Assembly (NCBI GenBank): GCA_027492035.1
Contig: JAOZFT010000020.1
Span: 75,071 to 139,070, forward strand
Length of the DNA stretch: 64,000 nucleotides
Reading direction: 5' to 3'
Origin: Thermoproteota archaeon
GTDB lineage: Archaea; Korarchaeota; JAOZGF01; JAOZFZ01
The notes beneath the pieces were generated by a model that saw only the letters and a program-made list of their open reading frames with translations, did not search any database and was not told the origin of the DNA. This document shows positions 8,632 through 18,862 of the stretch, piece by piece (position 1 is the first letter of the stretch; each line of letters opens with the position of its first letter). The translations under genes and the position numbers were made by a program.

Positions 8632-10575
8632 GTGGGGGATGTTAGGTGGGTGAGTAGGTTGAAAGCTTTGATACTGGCTGCAGGTAAAGGGACAAGGCTT
8701 AGACCATACAGTGAAACCACACCTAAATCCCTGATGGAGCTTGTTCCTGGTTTAACCATTATTGAATTCATTATAGGTCAGTTAAGGAAAGTAGGTGTCA
8801 CAGATATAGTGGTAGTTACCAGAAGTGAACTTGTTGAAAAGTTCAGAAATAAGTTGGGGGACGAAGTAAGTTATGTTTCAGTGGATGGGGGAAAGGATTT
8901 CGGGAACTTGTACACTGTTGAAGAGGCTCTTAGAAAAGTTGAAGACGACCATGTTTTGCTTGTCATGTCGGATCACATATTTGAAAGGGAGCTTTTGAAC
9001 AAATTAGTTAATTGTGGAGACAGTAAACCAGTTATTCTTTGTTTAGACAGGAACCCTAAATGGATGGTTATTAATGAAGGACTTAGAGTAAAAATTAACG
9101 GTTCAGGAGTTGAAAAAGTTGGGAAAGATTTGCCGCCTTACCATGGAGTAGATACCGGTTTATTTCTATTAAGTAATGAAGCCTTCAATTTAGTTTTTGA
9201 AACAGTGAAAAAGCTTGGGTGCAGTTCTAAAATAGCGGATTTAGTTAACGCAGCTGCAGAAAACAGTAAAGTGGGTTATGTTGATGTAACAGGCCATTTA
9301 TGGATGGACATAGACACACCTAAAGACCTTTTAAAGGCACGGAAACTTTATTGGAAAATAAAAGGGAAGGATTTGGTTAAACCCAGCGATGGCCCTGTTT
9401 CTAAACGTTTAAACAGGCCTATTTCCACCAAAATTTCTCTTTTCCTGTACCAGAGGAACAGAGTTACTTCAAATCAAGTTTCCTTTTTAGCTTTTCTTCT
9501 GGGTTTAGCTTCAGCTTCTCTTTTTCTTTTGAACAACCTAGTGCTCGGCGGAATACTAACTTACATATCTTCAGTTTTTGATGGGGTGGATGGTGAACTT
9601 GCAAGGTTAAGGAGCGAAGAATCTTTTTTTGGAGGAGTCCTTGACAGTCTGCTTGACAGATTCGTTGATTTATCCTTGATATTATCGATAGGTATAAATT
9701 ACTTTAGAAACCCTTACCTAAGTCCTTCTTGGGTTGTTTTCCTGGTTTCCTTAGCATCGTTTGGTGTCATCCTGGTAAGTTACGTTTCAAAACTTTTTGG
9801 TTCGAAAGCTGCAAAATTAAGAAGTGGATTCCCTTGGGCTACAAGAGATGTTAGACTTTTTACTTTCACTATTGGGGGGCTAACCATGTTTCCCTTAATT
9901 CCTTTAGTTTTCTGTGCGTTTGCTCCTTTAATTTTCTCCGGTAAAGCCTTACTGACCCTCAGCAGAAAATCCAGCCCCGTTAAAGTAAAAAAGGGGAAAG
10001 TTGAAACTTTGAGACCTCCCCAGCCTCAAATCAAAGTAGTTGAAAACAAGGCTCCTAAGGAGTCACGGCGTCATTTAACAGATTTGTTTTCAAACATCGT
10101 TAAACTCACAGTTTCCTTAGCAGTGATCCGGATACTGCTCTACTCCTTTGGGGGAGTACCTATGATTAACATTTCTTTACTGGAAATAAAGGCTAGTCAC
10201 GTGTTAAACTTGATAAACCTTGTGGTGATTGTTTATTTTGGGTATGGGATACTTACCTCCCTGAAATTCTTTCTAGACATTGCTTCAGATATAGTAGTGA
10301 GTAAGTTAGAGGTGACCAAAACAGCTTACTCAAGGGCCACATTAGACATTCTTTACTTAATAGGTTTAGCGCTGATCTGGTTCGCTGTAAGTCCGTTACT
10401 GGAGAACGTTCCAGAAATAGGGGAATGGCTTAGAATGCCTTTAGGACTACTTATTTTGGCTGTCTTCACCTTAATACTTTATGATTTATCAAGAATATTT
10501 TACAGAAGCCTTAAAGGAGCTTTAAACAAGGTTATAGATGCAGTAACAGAAGCAATAGAAAAATGCACTAAATGA
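8632..10575 (+). CDS. Bifunctional inositol-1-phosphate cytidylyltransferase / di-myo-inositol-phosphate-phosphate synthase (IPCT/DIPPS) with an extra C-terminal membrane domain
   Basis: LAAGKGTRL, MSDH, DTGLF, WMDIDT; DGPVSKRLNRPIS; CDP-alcohol phosphotransferase motif DGVDGELAR..GGVLDSLLDR; TRDVR. The true start may be the GTG a few codons downstream. Confidence 0.85.
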   Translation: MGDVRWVSRLKALILAAGKGTRLRPYSETTPKSLMELVPGLTIIEFIIGQLRKVGVTDIVVVTRSELVEKFRNKLGDEVSYVSVDGGKDFGNLYTVEEALRKVEDDHVLLVMSDHIFERELLNKLVNCGDSKPVILCLDRNPKWMVINEGLRVKINGSGVEKVGKDLPPYHGVDTGLFLLSNEAFNLVFETVKKLGCSSKIADLVNAAAENSKVGYVDVTGHLWMDIDTPKDLLKARKLYWKIKGKDLVKPSDGPVSKRLNRPISTKISLFLYQRNRVTSNQVSFLAFLLGLASASLFLLNNLVLGGILTYISSVFDGVDGELARLRSEESFFGGVLDSLLDRFVDLSLILSIGINYFRNPYLSPSWVVFLVSLASFGVILVSYVSKLFGSKAAKLRSGFPWATRDVRLFTFTIGGLTMFPLIPLVFCAFAPLIFSGKALLTLSRKSSPVKVKKGKVETLRPPQPQIKVVENKAPKESRRHLTDLFSNIVKLTVSLAVIRILLYSFGGVPMINISLLEIKASHVLNLINLVVIVYFGYGILTSLKFFLDIASDIVVSKLEVTKTAYSRATLDILYLIGLALIWFAVSPLLENVPEIGEWLRMPLGLLILAVFTLILYDLSRIFYRSLKGALNKVIDAVTEAIEKCTK

Positions 10576-10719
10576 GTAAAGGATAACTCTTTACCAGTTT
10601 AATTATTCCATATTTTCATCCTGTCTCAAGAAGAAAATTCAATATTTTTAAATCAAAAACCAACAAAAAGATTAAATTTAAACTTATTTTCAAAAAAATG
10701 TTAAAAAAGGTGGTAAGTA

Positions 10720-11664
10720 TTGATTTCTAAGCTAAGGTTTAAAGGAAAAGATTTTCTCACTTTGATGGATTTTAGCAAAGAGGAAATTGATTTTGTGCTC
10801 AAAGTTTCAGAGGAACTGAAAAGTAAATATTTGAGAGGAGAAAAACATAACTATCTTGAGGGAAAAACCATTGCAATGATTTTTGAAAAACCTTCTACAA
10901 GGACAAGGTTTAGTTTCCAAGCTGCAATTGCCCATTTAGGTGCTCAAAGCTTTTATGCTATGCGTTCACAGATGCAACTTGCTAGAGGAGAACCTATAAA
11001 GGACACCGCGAGAGTTTTAGACAGGTACTGTGATGGTTTGGTGATAAGAACCTTTGGTCAAGAAGTAGTAGAGGAATATGCTGCATACATGAGCCACCCA
11101 GTAGTTAATGCTTTAACTGATTTAACGCACCCTTGTCAGGGACTGGCTGATCTTTTAACTATCAAAGAGAAAAAGGGTGATTTCAGCAAGTTAAAATTAG
11201 CTTATACCGGGGACATTTGGAATGTTGCACAAACTTTAATGGTTGCTGCTGCGATTTATGGGATGAAGGCATACTTTGCAAGACCTAAAGGCTATAACCC
11301 GGATAAAAGGATTTGGAAGTTTGTGCAGGAGAAAATGGAGGAAACTGAAGCTGAAGTAGTTTTAACCAGTGACTTAAGCGAAGCTGTCCAAGGAGCTGAC
11401 GTGGTTTATGCCAACACTTGGCACAGTATGGGAGGCCCCGAGAAAGAAAAAGAGAAAAGAATTAAGGACTTTAAACCTTACCAAATAAACAATGAAGTCT
11501 TAAAGGAAGCAAAGAAAGATGCAATATTTATGCATTGTTTACCGGGTTACAGAGGAGAGGAAATGACTGATGAAGTCATTGAAGGCCCCCACAGTGTAGT
11601 TTTCGACCAAGCAGAAAATAGAATGCATACAGAAAAGGCAGTCTTATCACTTTTTATCCCCTAA
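10720..11664 (+). CDS. argF: Ornithine carbamoyltransferase
   Basis: FEKPSTRTR, HPCQ, SMG, FMHCLP, DQAENR. Confidence 0.9.
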   Translation: MISKLRFKGKDFLTLMDFSKEEIDFVLKVSEELKSKYLRGEKHNYLEGKTIAMIFEKPSTRTRFSFQAAIAHLGAQSFYAMRSQMQLARGEPIKDTARVLDRYCDGLVIRTFGQEVVEEYAAYMSHPVVNALTDLTHPCQGLADLLTIKEKKGDFSKLKLAYTGDIWNVAQTLMVAAAIYGMKAYFARPKGYNPDKRIWKFVQEKMEETEAEVVLTSDLSEAVQGADVVYANTWHSMGGPEKEKEKRIKDFKPYQINNEVLKEAKKDAIFMHCLPGYRGEEMTDEVIEGPHSVVFDQAENRMHTEKAVLSLFIP

Positions 11665-11806
11665 AATTCTTCGAAATTTTTCTGTTTTTCCGTGATAAAA
11701 ATAGAATTTTCCTTGATTCTTCCACCCCTCTTCTTTCTTCAACCTGAATCTCTCTAAACTTTTTAGTAAAGTTCTCAGTCTTTGCTAAGAACTAAATTAA
11801 AAGTTT

Positions 11807-13387
11807 TTAAAACAAGTCATAATCTTGCAAGTAGCTCCTACCTGTTTTTAAAGCTATTTCGGCTTTGTTAAGTTCCTTTCCAAGGTATGCAGCATGAGGA
11901 AGGAGGGTAACTAACCCTCTTTTAATTGCTTCCATATACACATCTACAGACTTTTCTCCCCTGATTATAACATCAGGTTTCTCCCTGTTCCGGAAACTGT
12001 AATGTTGCAAAACTATTTCCCTCCTTTCCCTGTCAACATTTATTTTAAAGAAACCTTTTGGGTCTATGGGTGTCTTATATTGTTTTTCAGCCTTTACAAC
12101 CTTAACTTCATTCTCTATTGCAGGGTTATACAGAAGTTCTTTACTTCTCTTTTCTTTAAAGAAAAGGAGATTTATGGCTAAGTCTTTAGGAAAGGTTCCC
12201 CTCTTTCTTGAAATATAAATCATTTTGGAAGCTTTAATTAATTCCTTCACTGCTCCTTTACATTTATTGCTTTGTTCAGTAGTTAAAACCAAGTTTATAC
12301 TTAATTCATTCATTATTGCTGCGAGGATAGCGTTTACACCTATTGAGTCAGCATCTATTGTTTCTGTTATGTTTCCAACTCCGCAAAAGAGCATTTTTTC
12401 CGGATGCTTCCTGTGAAAAGTTTTGAATGTGATTAATGAATCTGTTAAATTCGGCATGTTGACAGGGTTTAAGATTAAGTCGCAAAGGAAATTTTTCACT
12501 CCTTCCTCCCTTGCTTTTTCAATGTTTTCCTCCATAACTTCTATTTTTTCATTTATCTCCACAGGAAAAATCCCTTTTTTGTAATTATACGGTATTATTA
12601 CAGCAGGTGTTTCCCCTAAGTAACTGGCAACCTCTTCTATGTTTCCCCCTTCCAAACTCACCACTAAATCTATACCCTCCTCTACTGCAGCCTTTATTTC
12701 CTTAGAAGAAACTGTGTCAATACTTAAGGGTGCATTACAAACTTTTCTTAAAAAATTAATCAGCTCCTTTACTTTTTCAGGTTTCTCCATGCCTGAAACC
12801 ATGCCTATATCTATTATGTGGGATCCAGAGTTTAAGTAATGTTTAACTTTTCTAATTAACTCTTCCTTAGACAATAAGGGGGCGTCAACTATTTCTGCTG
12901 CCACCTTAAATGGAAGTCTTTGATCAATGACAACTTTACCCCCAATAACAAATGCTTTTTCCTTGTTCAGTAACTCTTTTTCAAGTTTCTTTATTTCATA
13001 AAGTTCAGAGGAGGCTTCTTCCTTCCTCTTTAAATGTAAAATTTCACAGGCTGGAGTTACAGTTGAAAACTTGATTTTCCCCTGTTTAAAAAGGTTAAGA
13101 ATTTCTCCTAAATCTGTTGATAATTTAGGTCCCTTAAAAACAGGTAAACCTAGTTTTTCCCCTATCTCCTTTGTGTCTCCCTTAATTAATCCTGGGACCA
13201 AAATTAAATCAAAACCACGCCCTCTTAAGTCCTCCTTCTCCAGTTGTTTAATAATGTTTTTTATGGGAATTAATGAAGCTACGTCAAAAGGCAGAGTTTT
13301 AATTTCATAATCTACCTCGCTCCTCTTTACACTTTCATGAACAGACTTCTCGGCCAGTTTACCTGTTACAAGCAACACCTTCAACAT
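11807..13387 (-). CDS. Archaeal dihydropteroate-synthase-like protein (MJ0107 family) with C-terminal DUF4346
   Basis: LLVTGKLA, AEIVDA, IDIG, SIDT, GNITE..DADSIGVN, PKDL, DPKGFF, HAAYLGKEL.KAE. Confidence 0.85.
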   Translation of the reverse strand: MLKVLLVTGKLAEKSVHESVKRSEVDYEIKTLPFDVASLIPIKNIIKQLEKEDLRGRGFDLILVPGLIKGDTKEIGEKLGLPVFKGPKLSTDLGEILNLFKQGKIKFSTVTPACEILHLKRKEEASSELYEIKKLEKELLNKEKAFVIGGKVVIDQRLPFKVAAEIVDAPLLSKEELIRKVKHYLNSGSHIIDIGMVSGMEKPEKVKELINFLRKVCNAPLSIDTVSSKEIKAAVEEGIDLVVSLEGGNIEEVASYLGETPAVIIPYNYKKGIFPVEINEKIEVMEENIEKAREEGVKNFLCDLILNPVNMPNLTDSLITFKTFHRKHPEKMLFCGVGNITETIDADSIGVNAILAAIMNELSINLVLTTEQSNKCKGAVKELIKASKMIYISRKRGTFPKDLAINLLFFKEKRSKELLYNPAIENEVKVVKAEKQYKTPIDPKGFFKINVDRERREIVLQHYSFRNREKPDVIIRGEKSVDVYMEAIKRGLVTLLPHAAYLGKELNKAEIALKTGRSYLQDYDLF

Positions 13388-13443
13388 TTTCTACCTCTTA
13401 TTGTTTGTTCTTTACCAATGCTTTCTAAACCTTGCCTAAGCCT

Positions 13444-14199
13444 TTACGTCTCCAGTATTTCATTGATTTTAGTTAGCAACCTGGTAGGTTCTTCAACAAC
13501 CACTACTCCCTTCATTTTTCTTAGTTTATTAACGTTTTCAACATCTACTTCTCTAGTTTCTATTTTTGCTTTCTCCCAACAAGCTACTGCTTGGAAGGGA
13601 CATGCTGAAACACATTTTTCGCAGCCTATACATTTCAAAAGATTTATTTTTGGGCCTTCCTTGGTTGATTCTATAGCCTCAACCGGACAGTTTGTTAAGG
13701 CCGTGCATTCCTTACAGTTTAAACATTTTTCGCGTTTGATTATGCAAGGAAGCGTAATTTCTGTTTCTCCCAGCTTTGAATCCACAGGTAAAACAATCAC
13801 TGGAACTTTGCCTTTCAAAGCTTGGGCGAAAGCATTTGTAACACATGTGTCAGCCACTCCATTAACCATTTTAGCGACGGAGTTTGCTGTAACAGGTGAA
13901 ACAGCAAAAACTTTGTATTTTCTTAGATTGAAACGGCCTGAAAAAACTCCACTAGCCCCATCTGTTTCTCTGCTTACCAATTCTTCGTAATAAAGGCCTG
14001 GGGAAATTTTCTTAATTTTATCTCTTAAACCGTACATTCTGAGAATCTCTAACCCTGCTTCACTAACGAAGGTAGTTACTTTTACACCGTACTTTTGTTT
14101 AATCCCCAACATTATTTGGTAGGTTTCGAAAAGAAAAGTTCCTGAACCTGTAACTCCCCAGGCAAGCTTCAATTCTTCCCTCAATACTTCACCCCTCAA
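13444..14199 (-). CDS. dmrX: Dihydromethanopterin reductase-like Fe-S flavoprotein (DmrX/MJ0208 family)
   Basis: AWGVTGSG, P.TANSVAK..GVADT.VTN, two ferredoxin-type Cys clusters; flanked by pterin biosynthesis genes. Confidence 0.8.
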   Translation of the reverse strand: MRGEVLREELKLAWGVTGSGTFLFETYQIMLGIKQKYGVKVTTFVSEAGLEILRMYGLRDKIKKISPGLYYEELVSRETDGASGVFSGRFNLRKYKVFAVSPVTANSVAKMVNGVADTCVTNAFAQALKGKVPVIVLPVDSKLGETEITLPCIIKREKCLNCKECTALTNCPVEAIESTKEGPKINLLKCIGCEKCVSACPFQAVACWEKAKIETREVDVENVNKLRKMKGVVVVEEPTRLLTKINEILET

Positions 14200-14350
14200 A
14201 TTTTAAACCAACAAATGCTTTTAAGACCATTTTTAAATCCTTAAATGCTTCAATTGTTCTTCTAAAGGAATAAATAAGGGAGTTAAAAGTCATTACGGAA
14301 GTAGCTTATTTCAGGTTTTTAATGGTTTGAGAGATCACTTCCGAAAAAAA

Positions 14351-15289
14351 TTATTTTAACTCAAATTCCTTTCTCAACTGTTCTAAAGTAGCATGGTACT
14401 CAGCCACTAAGTTATGTTCATGAATGCTCTCTAAGTCTTCTTGAATAAGGGAAACTTCTGTTTCATCAGGTAAATTCGGGAATTTATCAATTACTCCCTT
14501 CGCCATGTACCTTATCACATCCTCAGCAAACCTTGCTTTCTTCACAGCTTGCTTAACAACTTCAATTTCATCTTTCTTCTTCAATAATTCAAAAGTTGGG
14601 GCACTCATTGCATTCCTTGCTATCTCGATCAGTGTGTAAGCATTAACAGAATAATTCCCTGGAACCTCAACCACTAACGTAGCGTAGCTTCGCTGCATGT
14701 GGGTTGCAATAAACAGTTTTTCAACAAGCTTCTTCACTTTTTCTTCATTCCCTATATCCCTCTTTAAAGAATCCATTGTCTCCAAGAGAATGCTTTTCTG
14801 GGCGCTGGGGCAAGCAGTTATCCCGCTTACTTTAACCCCTACAGCCTTCTTTATTTTTATTTTCTTTTTTATCCTTTCAGCTTTAGCAGATCCTAGAAGT
14901 ACAGCTCTTTCAAATGTCTCCTTCCCTGTTACAGGTGTTTCAGTAGGATAAACCACATCACCTTGTAAAATAACTTCCGCCTTTCTACAGTAAGGATGCT
15001 TCTGCAAAAGCTCCTTTGCCACTCTGCTGCAGAAAACTTCAATTTTCAATTTTTTCTTTGCATACCTTGAAAGAACCTCAACTATGGCTTCATAATTCCT
15101 TGAAGCATGGATTCCGCGGTAGTCAGGAACTAAGTCAATGAAAGCAGAGACAGAAGGGACAAAAGCTGCTGTTTTATGGTTTATGTCGATAGAAAAAACA
15201 GGCACTCTAATATTTTCAACACCAACCCTTTTAAGATAAATACGAAACAAAGGTTTCTCAACATTTACGTCTGAAATGAGGGAAGGCAA
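14351..15289 (-). CDS. mptA: GTP cyclohydrolase MptA (FolE2 family)
   Basis: RVGV, RGIHASR, GITACP, THMQR, FAED..R, ESIHEHN. Confidence 0.88.
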   Translation of the reverse strand: MPSLISDVNVEKPLFRIYLKRVGVENIRVPVFSIDINHKTAAFVPSVSAFIDLVPDYRGIHASRNYEAIVEVLSRYAKKKLKIEVFCSRVAKELLQKHPYCRKAEVILQGDVVYPTETPVTGKETFERAVLLGSAKAERIKKKIKIKKAVGVKVSGITACPSAQKSILLETMDSLKRDIGNEEKVKKLVEKLFIATHMQRSYATLVVEVPGNYSVNAYTLIEIARNAMSAPTFELLKKKDEIEVVKQAVKKARFAEDVIRYMAKGVIDKFPNLPDETEVSLIQEDLESIHEHNLVAEYHATLEQLRKEFELK

Positions 15290-15511
15290 CTTTAATCAAC
15301 TCTAATTTTTAAAAAGGATAAATAGTTCGGGAATTGAACCTTGAATCCAGTATGAATTCAATCTAAAACCCAAACCCTTCAAGCATCAAATTTAAATTTT
15401 TCCAAAAATGAACCGGAACTTCTTCAACATTTTTCAGTTAGGATAGAACTAGATACTAAAGGTAAAGAAATTTTTTAGGTTTTGACTGTAGATTTTTTTG
15501 GGGGGTTACTT

Positions 15512-16618
15512 ATGGAAAATGAAGCCGTAAAGTTTTTGATGGAAATCACCCGAGTTAAAAGTTTCTCTGGTGAAGAAGAGGAAGTGGCAGGTATTATCAG
15601 GGAGGAAATGGATGAATTAGGGTTTGAAAAAACAGGTGTGGATGAAGTAGGAAATGTTTGGGGCTTGATAAGGGGTAAAAGTGACAGTTACTTAATGTTT
15701 GAAGGACACATGGACACTGTTAAACCAGGTAGAGTTGAAAACTGGGTTTTTCCACCCTTCTCCGGAAAAGTGGTTGATGGAGAAATTTATGGAAGAGGGG
15801 CAGCTGATATGAAGGGATCAATTGCAGCCATGATTTATTCTGCTTCTGAAATAAAGGAACCGGAAAAAGGGTTGATCTGTGCTTTCGTGGTGCATGAGGA
15901 AGATCAGGAAGGCTTCGGCATCAGGCATTTTCTCAAAAATACAGGCATTAAACCTGAAATTGTGGTGTTAGGAGAACCGACAAACTTAAATATTGCGATA
16001 GGCCACAGGGGAAGAGCGGAAATTGTTGTGAAAATTAGAGGCAGGACCGGGCACTCAAGCATGCCCCATCTAGGTGAGAATGCCCTCTTAAAAACTTGTT
16101 CAAAGATTTTGAAACTTAAAAATATTCCTTTGCCTGAAAATAAGGAGTTAGGTTCTGCTTCAATAACTCCTGTCTCGGTTAATTGTTCACCCGGTGAAAT
16201 TCCAATAACTCCAGACTATTGCGAAATTTTACTTGATAGAAGAATAGTTCCAGGGGAAAGTAAACAATCCATTATAGATGAACTTGAAAACTTTCTCCAG
16301 GTAAAGGCTGAGGTAAGGAAGAAGATCATTAAATGTTACACAGGCTTCAAAGAAAAAGTTGACTGTTACTTTCCAGCTTTTTATATCCGGAGAAACGAAA
16401 TAAAAATGTTATCGAAAAAACTGGGTGCTAAACTAATTACTTGGAAATTTGGAACAGATGGTTCCTACACCGCAGGAGTTAAGGAAATTTTAACCTTTGG
16501 ATACGGACCAGGCGAAGAAGAAATGGCTCACGTCCCAAACGAAAAATTAAACCTTAAAAAATTCATGAAAAGTATTTCAGGGTACAAAAAAATTTTCTCT
16601 TTTCTTTCTACCCATTAG
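15512..16618 (+). CDS. M20 metallohydrolase (YgeY/ArgE/LysK-like)
   Basis: GHMDTV, GRGAADMKG, HEEDQEG, GEPT, HSSMP, FGTDG, GPG...AH. ATG at 15512 preferred over the upstream TTG. Confidence 0.85.
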   Translation: MENEAVKFLMEITRVKSFSGEEEEVAGIIREEMDELGFEKTGVDEVGNVWGLIRGKSDSYLMFEGHMDTVKPGRVENWVFPPFSGKVVDGEIYGRGAADMKGSIAAMIYSASEIKEPEKGLICAFVVHEEDQEGFGIRHFLKNTGIKPEIVVLGEPTNLNIAIGHRGRAEIVVKIRGRTGHSSMPHLGENALLKTCSKILKLKNIPLPENKELGSASITPVSVNCSPGEIPITPDYCEILLDRRIVPGESKQSIIDELENFLQVKAEVRKKIIKCYTGFKEKVDCYFPAFYIRRNEIKMLSKKLGAKLITWKFGTDGSYTAGVKEILTFGYGPGEEEMAHVPNEKLNLKKFMKSISGYKKIFSFLSTH

Positions 16619-16672
16619 CAAAACTAAAAAATTAAAATAATAGGGGGAGGAAATGTAAAGGAAGGTGTTTTT

Positions 16673-17617
16673 ATGGCTCAAAACATAGACTGGGCAGGAG
16701 ACGTCTTTATTTCTCATGCCGACGTAAAGAAAGGGATGTCTGTTTCAAGTTTTGTTAAAGAGTTGGGGAAATGTGGTTTCCAAGCTAGAAAAATAGCTAT
16801 GGCTGTTAAAGTACTTTCAGATATGGTGTCAGATAAGGAATGCACTAAGTTTTTAGCTTTAGCAGGAACAATGGTGCCTGGGGGAATGAGGAAAGTCATT
16901 TGTGAATTCTTAAGGGAGAAGTTTTTTGACGTAGTGGTTTCTACAGGTGCAAACCTTACACATGACCTTATTGAAGCTTTTGGTGAAAAACATAAATTCA
17001 TGGATTCTGAAGAAACAGATGTTGAACTCCAAGTGAAAGGAATCAACAGGATCTATAACGTGCTTTTACCTAACAGAGGATATGTTGCGTTAGAGAATGG
17101 GCTGCGTAAATTATTTCCTAAGCTTCCTCAAAAGGAAATGAGTTCTAGAGAATTCCTTTACGAGCTTGGGTTAAAAATAAGAGATAAAAACTCCATACTT
17201 AAAGTTGCAGCTGAAAAAAAAATCCCTGTTTTTGCACCTTCGCTTCCAGATTCAGTTCTAGGTTTCCAGGTTTGGATGTATTCACAGAACCATGACTTAA
17301 CAGTGAACACAACCATCGACCAAGGTGAAGTTCTAGACATTGTTTTTGAATCAGAGAAAACTGGTGCATTAGTAGTTGGGGGAGGTGTTCCAAAGCATTA
17401 CGTGGCAATGGCCGCCCAAATAGCTGACAAACCTTTAAAATATGCTGTACAAATTACTTTAGATAGACCTGAAGGTGGAGGTGTTTCAGGCGCTAAATTA
17501 GAGGAAGCTAAATCATGGAGAAAAGTTCATCCTAAAGCTGAAACTGTTGATTTAGTTTGCGACGCAACTATAGCCTTACCTTTAATTTTAGCAGCTCTAA
17601 AAGACAGGTTAAGGTAG
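16673..17617 (+). CDS. dys: Deoxyhypusine synthase
   Basis: TGANLTHD, INRIYN, GGGVPKH, GGVSGA...EAKSW, DATIALP. Confidence 0.9.
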   Translation: MAQNIDWAGDVFISHADVKKGMSVSSFVKELGKCGFQARKIAMAVKVLSDMVSDKECTKFLALAGTMVPGGMRKVICEFLREKFFDVVVSTGANLTHDLIEAFGEKHKFMDSEETDVELQVKGINRIYNVLLPNRGYVALENGLRKLFPKLPQKEMSSREFLYELGLKIRDKNSILKVAAEKKIPVFAPSLPDSVLGFQVWMYSQNHDLTVNTTIDQGEVLDIVFESEKTGALVVGGGVPKHYVAMAAQIADKPLKYAVQITLDRPEGGGVSGAKLEEAKSWRKVHPKAETVDLVCDATIALPLILAALKDRLR

Positions 17618-17675
17618 ACCCCTTTCTGGTTAAGGGATATGTTTCAGGTATTAGGGAAAACATGGAGATAATAAA

Positions 17676-18450
17676 ATGGATTTATTATTTATCGCACCTA
17701 TGTTGCTCTTTTTCATAGCGTTTATTTTTTCTATGTTGGGCATGAGCGGATCTCAACTTTCTACTCCTATCCTGTTTTGGTTGGGAACGGATTTTAAAAC
17801 ACAAGTAATTCCGCTTGGGATGCTTTTAAATGTTGTTAACAGTGCATCTGCTGCTGGTAGATATGGGAAAAAGAAACTAATTGACTGGAAAGTTGCAGCG
17901 CTTTTTAGTTTCGTTATGATGCTGTTTGCTCCTCTCGATACATGGTTAAATATAAGTTTACCAACAAAACCAGTGATTTTAACCTTCGCAATATTCACTG
18001 CTGCAGCTGCGTTGTTAATGCTTAATAATTTGGAAACCGAGAAAAGAAAGGTCTTGGGAGTTTCTAGTAGTTCAATCCTTGGTTTCTTTGCTGGATTAAT
18101 AGGAAGAGGCGGAGGTAGCTTTGTTGTGCCTTTGTTATATATGGTAGGTTTAGGAGTGAAAACAGCAGCACTTCCGCCTTTGTAGTGACATGTTCAGGTG
18201 TTTTAAGTTTCGTTTCTCATATTTTCACTGCTGCACAGCCTAATTGGATTATATGGATCCTTTGCGCGTTTTCAGTTTTAATGGAGGGCAAGTAGGTTCC
18301 TATGTAATGGCTACAAAATTAAAACCGAAATATACGAAAAAAGTATTTGGAGCAGTGTTGCTTGGAGATGCAGCGATTCTTATTAATCCAAAATTTCTTA
18401 ATAAATTAGGCAACCAAGGTTTCCCTTTTAAGAAAATAATTCTTTTATAA
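17676..18450 (+). pseudogene. TauE/SafE sulfite-exporter pseudogene with two frameshifts
   Basis: ORF 17676-18185 (SMLG.SG, GLIGRGGGSFVVP) continues after a shift near 18170 as TSAFVVTCSGVLSF...WILCAFSVLM and after a shift near 18285 as GQVGSYVMATKLKP...VFGAVLL. Confidence 0.75.
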
Positions 18451-18862
18451 TGTTAAAAGCATATTTTTACAAAACATTTAGGGACTTCTAATGTTTTAGC
18501 TTCACTGCCCAATTTAACTTTTACTTAAGAAACGCAGCAACAAATAAATGAACTTTTTAAGCTTGTACTGCACACTTAAATCAAGTCTCCGCTTACTTTG
18601 TTTATTTTTGATACTTTGAAAAACAACAAAGTTTAACAAAATTTTTAAAGAAGAACATTTCTAAATTATTTTTTCTACTTAGAACACTTCCTAACTTTTT
18701 TCTGGCTTAAAAAATCTTTCACTTGAACCTTTAACCATTGGAAAAATTCATTTAAACTGAAGTTAACAACAGAAAACAATTCTCTTCGCAGCTGGAAAAT
18801 ATAGGAAGAGAAACTGTGAAACAAGTAAAATGTAAATAAATTAGAAGAGGTGATTTTTCACT

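Noticed and set aside
13337-13990. 217-aa plus-strand ORF
   Set aside because: Antisense shadow of the dmrX-like gene with no recognisable motifs.
15325-15395. GGTTCAATTCCC on the minus strand, resembling a tRNA T-loop
   Set aside because: The T-stem pairs for only 2 bp and no acceptor, D or anticodon arms can be built.
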